From an uncultured Bacillales bacterium (GTDB lineage: Bacteria; Bacillota_I; Bacilli_A; RF39; UBA660), in NCBI GenBank assembly GCA_947165475.1, contig CAMVAN010000003.1:1-44985 (forward strand): a stretch of 44,985 bases of DNA, in the 5' to 3' direction. Positions 42,016-44,985 of this stretch are shown here, piece after piece. Position 1 is the first letter of the stretch; the number at the start of each line of letters is the position of its first letter. The notes below the pieces were generated by a model. That model ran no database searches and was not told the origin of the DNA. It was given only the letters and a program-made list of their open reading frames with translations. A program made the position numbers and the translations under genes.

Positions 42016-42577
42016 CCAATTTCTTAACTTTTCCTAACTCTTTTGCAACGTATTTTTTATAATGAGACAATAAAATTTGAGATTGTCTCAACCTACTTTC
42101 AAAAGATATATCATATTGAACAATACCATCATCCAAAAGAAAATCTAAATCATCAAGATTAATATCTTTTAATCTTTTTATTTTTATTAAAGATAATAAT
42201 TCCTCATCATAATTATTTTTCTTTAAAAAGTCTAAAAAAGTAACATCTCCTCTAACAACTGGCTGAATCTCTGCTAAAGCACCAGATAATAAAACTCCTT
42301 CAGTTGTAAAATTATCAAATAAATAAATTGAATTATTCTTCTTATCATCAATAGTTATATAAGAAGAATTCATATCATCATATAAACCAAATATATAATT
42401 ATATATAGTTTCTTTATTATATGTTAAATCGAATTCTTTTTTATTATCAGAATCAAACCTTAATATAGCACTCTTAACATTTCCCAAATGCTTCTGTCTA
42501 TATTCAATTAAAGAACTCTTATCAATTTCTAAACCATAAACACTTAAAACATTATTGTTTTTTTCATAAATCTTCAT
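41993..42577 (-). CDS. Hypothetical protein
   Basis: 194 aa, GGAGGG RBS. Confidence 0.7.
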   Translation of the reverse strand: MKIYEKNNNVLSVYGLEIDKSSLIEYRQKHLGNVKSAILRFDSDNKKEFDLTYNKETIYNYIFGLYDDMNSSYITIDDKKNNSIYLFDNFTTEGVLLSGALAEIQPVVRGDVTFLDFLKKNNYDEELLSLIKIKRLKDINLDDLDFLLDDGIVQYDISFESRLRQSQILLSHYKKYVAKELGKVKKLGVNFDCN

Positions 42578-43139
42578 AAACCCTCCATTTTTTTAATACT
42601 TTTTTACCTCAGTATAGTCAAAAATATCCATCGCTAAAGGAACAACATGAATTGATTTATATTTTTTCATCATATCTTTAGCAAGCATTAAATACATATT
42701 TTGCTGATCAATAGAGTTTTGCAAACTGAATTCTTGATATAAATGATGTTCACCTCTATCTAATCTTTTTCTATATAAATCAACATTTTCTAAATATAAA
42801 GGAAAATATTACATTTCATATTTTAAATTCGATAATTCAGATAAATAATAATTATATTCTTTAGTAAAAGAATAATCTTTATAACCAAGTCTAGCATAGA
42901 CTTCTTCTGTTGTAAAAGTTCTATCAAAAATCATATCCATTGGAACAGATTGCATTTTTTTTTAAATATTCAATTAATGCAGTATACATTATTTTTGAAT
43001 ACTCAAGTCCAGTTATAGTTTTATCTTTTTGCCCAGACAAGCGATACAGATTAGAACCTGCAATATTATCTCTTAGGTAATTTGCTAATGTCGACTTTCC
43101 AACCCCTTGTGGACCTTCTACAATTATTAGCCTTTCCAT
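42574..43139 (-). pseudogene. P-loop deoxynucleoside/thymidylate-kinase-like gene, frameshifted
   Basis: IIVEGPQGVGKS; IFDRTF in another frame after the T9 run near 42960. Confidence 0.75.
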
Positions 43140-43183
43140 TTTAATCACCCAAATTTTATTATAATAAAAAAATATATAGATTA

Positions 43184-44005
43184 CTATATCTTTTTAGAAA
43201 ATATTTTCCCCTTATTAATTAATTCCGAATTTATAAACTCTTTACTATAAATATTAAAAAAAGAATCATCTTGATCAAGTACTAAAAACCCAGGAATTCC
43301 ATTATTTTTCATATCATCAGAAATGCTCGATGCAAAAATAGTATTATCTCGAATAGATAAACAATGAGAATGTCCCTTTATAGTAAGAAAAGATTTCACA
43401 TTTGGAATTTCAAAATTATACTTAGGACACCAATGAGATAATAAAACAGGTATTTTTTTATAATAAATATATACCTTAGAAAAACCAAGTATTTTAAAAT
43501 CCTCTCTTTCCTGAACCATATCTAATAATTCTCTATTATTAGAAAAAGTATGAAAGTCATGATTTCCCAAAACAAAATAAGTCGTTATACCATTCATTTT
43601 AGGATAATCATTGACAAGATGAAAAACTTGACTCTCAAAAGTATTATAAATTTTTGAAACAGGTTTATAAGTGCTTTGAATTGCATCACCTAAATGAAGA
43701 ACACTTTTAAAATAATTATTAAACGCATATTGATAAGTTTCATGTATATAATCCATATTTTCAAACTTACTACCTAAATGAGTATCAGAAACTACTAATA
43801 ACTTATCATCATAAAACTCCTTGCAAAAAGCATGATTTCTCATAAAATCCTGGCTTTTTATAATATTTCCAACATAATACAACACTTCATAATATTCTAA
43901 ATTTAAAACAGAACAGATGTCATGAATAGAATATCCTTCAAAATAGAATTGTTCAATTAAACGTTTATCCTCTGTAAGAAAGTTTTCTCTAGATAATCGA
44001 AACAT
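43184..44005 (-). CDS. Calcineurin-like metallophosphoesterase with N-terminal HTH-like segment
   Basis: SDTHLG, HLGD, GNHD, GHSH. Confidence 0.88.
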   Translation of the reverse strand: MFRLSRENFLTEDKRLIEQFYFEGYSIHDICSVLNLEYYEVLYYVGNIIKSQDFMRNHAFCKEFYDDKLLVVSDTHLGSKFENMDYIHETYQYAFNNYFKSVLHLGDAIQSTYKPVSKIYNTFESQVFHLVNDYPKMNGITTYFVLGNHDFHTFSNNRELLDMVQEREDFKILGFSKVYIYYKKIPVLLSHWCPKYNFEIPNVKSFLTIKGHSHCLSIRDNTIFASSISDDMKNNGIPGFLVLDQDDSFFNIYSKEFINSELINKGKIFSKKI

Positions 44006-44062
44006 AACTACTCCTCCCTAACTAATAAACTATAATAACATAAAAAAGCTAAAAATCACTCT

Positions 44063-44140
44063 TTAGTTTTCTCTTATTAATCCAACAACACTTGCTACTC
44101 CATCTAAATCAGCATTCTTATAAGAAATTACAACCTTCAT
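44063..44140 (-). pseudogene. DHH-phosphoesterase N-terminal remnant
   Basis: MKVVISYKNADLDGVAS then stop after 25 aa; AAGGA RBS. Confidence 0.5.
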
Positions 44141-44156
44141 ATAATTAATCCTTTTC

Positions 44157-44702
44157 TCATTTTTTTAAAGTATATTCTTTTATCTCACAATTCTTAAGTC
44201 CTCTATTTAGAAAATGTCCATCTCCCATACCTTCAAAATAAAAACTAAATGCTTTTGAAACTCCACTATGAGCAACTATTAAGACAGTATTGTAATCCTC
44301 ATCTTTTAATTCATCTAAAAACTCTTGTATTCTATCAAATAAGTGAGAAACCAACTCCTCATTATCATAATGAATAGTAGAATTATAATTCCAAAATTCA
44401 TCACGATCAAAAGTTGAATTAGGTTTCCCATCTAAATTTCCAGCTTCCCGTTCTCTAAGTCGATTATCAATAATAATCTCCTTATGATGTACATTAATAA
44501 TTTCTGCCGTATGATAAGCTCGAACTAAAGGAGAAGAAATAACAATATCGTAATCGATTTTAGCAACATCATCTTTAAGCTCTTCTGCTTGTTTTATTCC
44601 AGTATCATTTAAATCTTCATCTACAGTAGTATAAATCTTTAAAAGATTCGATTGGCACTCACCATGTCTTATTAAATAAACTTTCATACTAATTTCCTCC
44701 AT
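44157..44702 (-). CDS. Histidine phosphatase (PGM family)
   Basis: LIRHG, SSPLVRA, VAHSG, NCE. Confidence 0.93.
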   Translation of the reverse strand: MEEISMKVYLIRHGECQSNLLKIYTTVDEDLNDTGIKQAEELKDDVAKIDYDIVISSPLVRAYHTAEIINVHHKEIIIDNRLREREAGNLDGKPNSTFDRDEFWNYNSTIHYDNEELVSHLFDRIQEFLDELKDEDYNTVLIVAHSGVSKAFSFYFEGMGDGHFLNRGLKNCEIKEYTLKK

Positions 44703-44711
44703 ATTTTTTTA

Positions 44712-44985
44712 TCATATATATACCTCATTCCTCATATAATTATCAAATATTTCACTTAATTTTTTCTTTACTTCTTGATAACTTTTAGGCCATTTCATAT
44801 ATCCACTTGCTTCAATCTCTTGATTATTACCATAACTCACACTAAAAGAAAAAGAATTTCCATCTAATACATTCTTATCATATTTATGAAAATTATTCCA
44901 TCTCGCAACATGATATTGTTTTAAAATAATTTCTATTTCTTTTAAAATTTTTTTATCAACTTCATATTCCTTAGCATCTTCATAA
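44712..44985 (-). CDS. Hypothetical protein, 3' part (5' end outside window)
   Basis: Open frame ...WNNFHKYDKNVLDGNSFS...WPKSY to TGA at 44712. Confidence 0.7.
   Translation of the reverse strand, partial: YEDAKEYEVDKKILKEIEIILKQYHVARWNNFHKYDKNVLDGNSFSFSVSYGNNQEIEASGYMKWPKSYQEVKKKLSEIFDNYMRNEVYI

Noticed and set aside
34762-42965. Frameshifts such as those near 34765, 36255, 36425 and 42960 as programmed frameshifting
   Set aside because: Most lie in A/T homopolymers; sequencing error or decay is more likely and cannot be resolved without reads.

Overview
Very AT-rich bacterial chromosomal region, with nearly all genes on the minus strand. Gene content, Firmicutes-type RBS/promoters and a SAM-I riboswitch suggest a reduced-genome low-GC Bacilli lineage (RF39-like; inference). 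Bases 1 to ~23 kb are a mosaic of self-contained 1-3 gene modules (ABC exporters, EEP, alpha/beta hydrolase, ZIP/FeoA, TetR-ABC, GNAT, CPBP) and one 8-gene carbamoyltransferase/kinase/nucleotidyltransferase/NUDIX operon. The spacers are structured: a 14-bp TAATATCTTAATAT motif recurs just past stop codons, integrase att-like modules recur (GC-rich core plus tandem arm-type repeats, including a 12-bp direct repeat bracketing 10.4 kb), and there are dif-like palindromes. No integrase gene is present in the window. From 23 to 27 kb are two paralogous BspA/DUF285-like LRR surface proteins with an internal sorting signal and second signal peptide. From 27 to 45 kb is a dense run of phosphohydrolases, DHFR, a NatAB-like ABC system and orphans. 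Many genes are broken by nonsense codons, tandem duplications, internal deletions or homopolymer shifts; the last may be assembly errors. No rRNA, tRNA or CRISPR was seen. All family calls come from motifs recognised by eye, not database searches.
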